Of a stretch of 64,000 nucleotides of DNA, positions 62,780-64,000 are shown one piece after another. Below the pieces are notes generated by a model, which saw nothing but the letters and a program-made list of their open reading frames with translations, did not search any database and had not been told where the DNA came from. Source of the DNA: Octopus vulgaris (Eukaryota); NCBI GenBank assembly GCA_951406725.2, contig OX597829.1, positions 40,920,001 through 40,984,000 on the forward strand. Direction: 5' to 3'. The position numbers and the translations under genes are program-made. The number at the start of each line of letters is the position of its first letter. Within the stretch, counting starts at the first letter, position 1.

Positions 62780-64000
<1,221 letters not shown>

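Overview
AT-rich, microsatellite-saturated eukaryotic non-coding DNA with no recognisable host exon; the repeat content is most consistent with a coleoid cephalopod (Octopus-like) genome, which is an inference from the SINE/LINE content. Nearly all ORFs in the supplied track are translations of microsatellites or pieces of transposons. Recognisable elements are a decayed CR1-group LINE (~0.4-6.3 kb, -), a near full-length Tx1/L1-clade LINE (38.5-43.7 kb, -) plus two 3' fragments, RTE, Dong/R4, Penelope and Gypsy remnants, an almost intact DD34D mariner (30917-32182), a Helitron retaining a PIF1 helicase (57065-59990, -) with several non-autonomous Helitrons, hAT/Merlin-like/mariner MITEs, and about 25 tRNA-derived SINE copies. 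The most interesting hidden layer is RNA structure. About a dozen type I hammerhead-ribozyme-like motifs from several unrelated repeat families can be read by eye: four with a full canonical core (16678-16725, 49014-49059, 56291-56359, 60633-60691), five with recurrent variant cores, and decayed copies. One sits in a 481-bp partially tandem non-coding unit with retrozyme or Penelope-pLTR architecture. There is also a highly structured RTE-type 5' RNA module (36202-36324). Folding was done by hand and coordinates of decayed elements are approximate.
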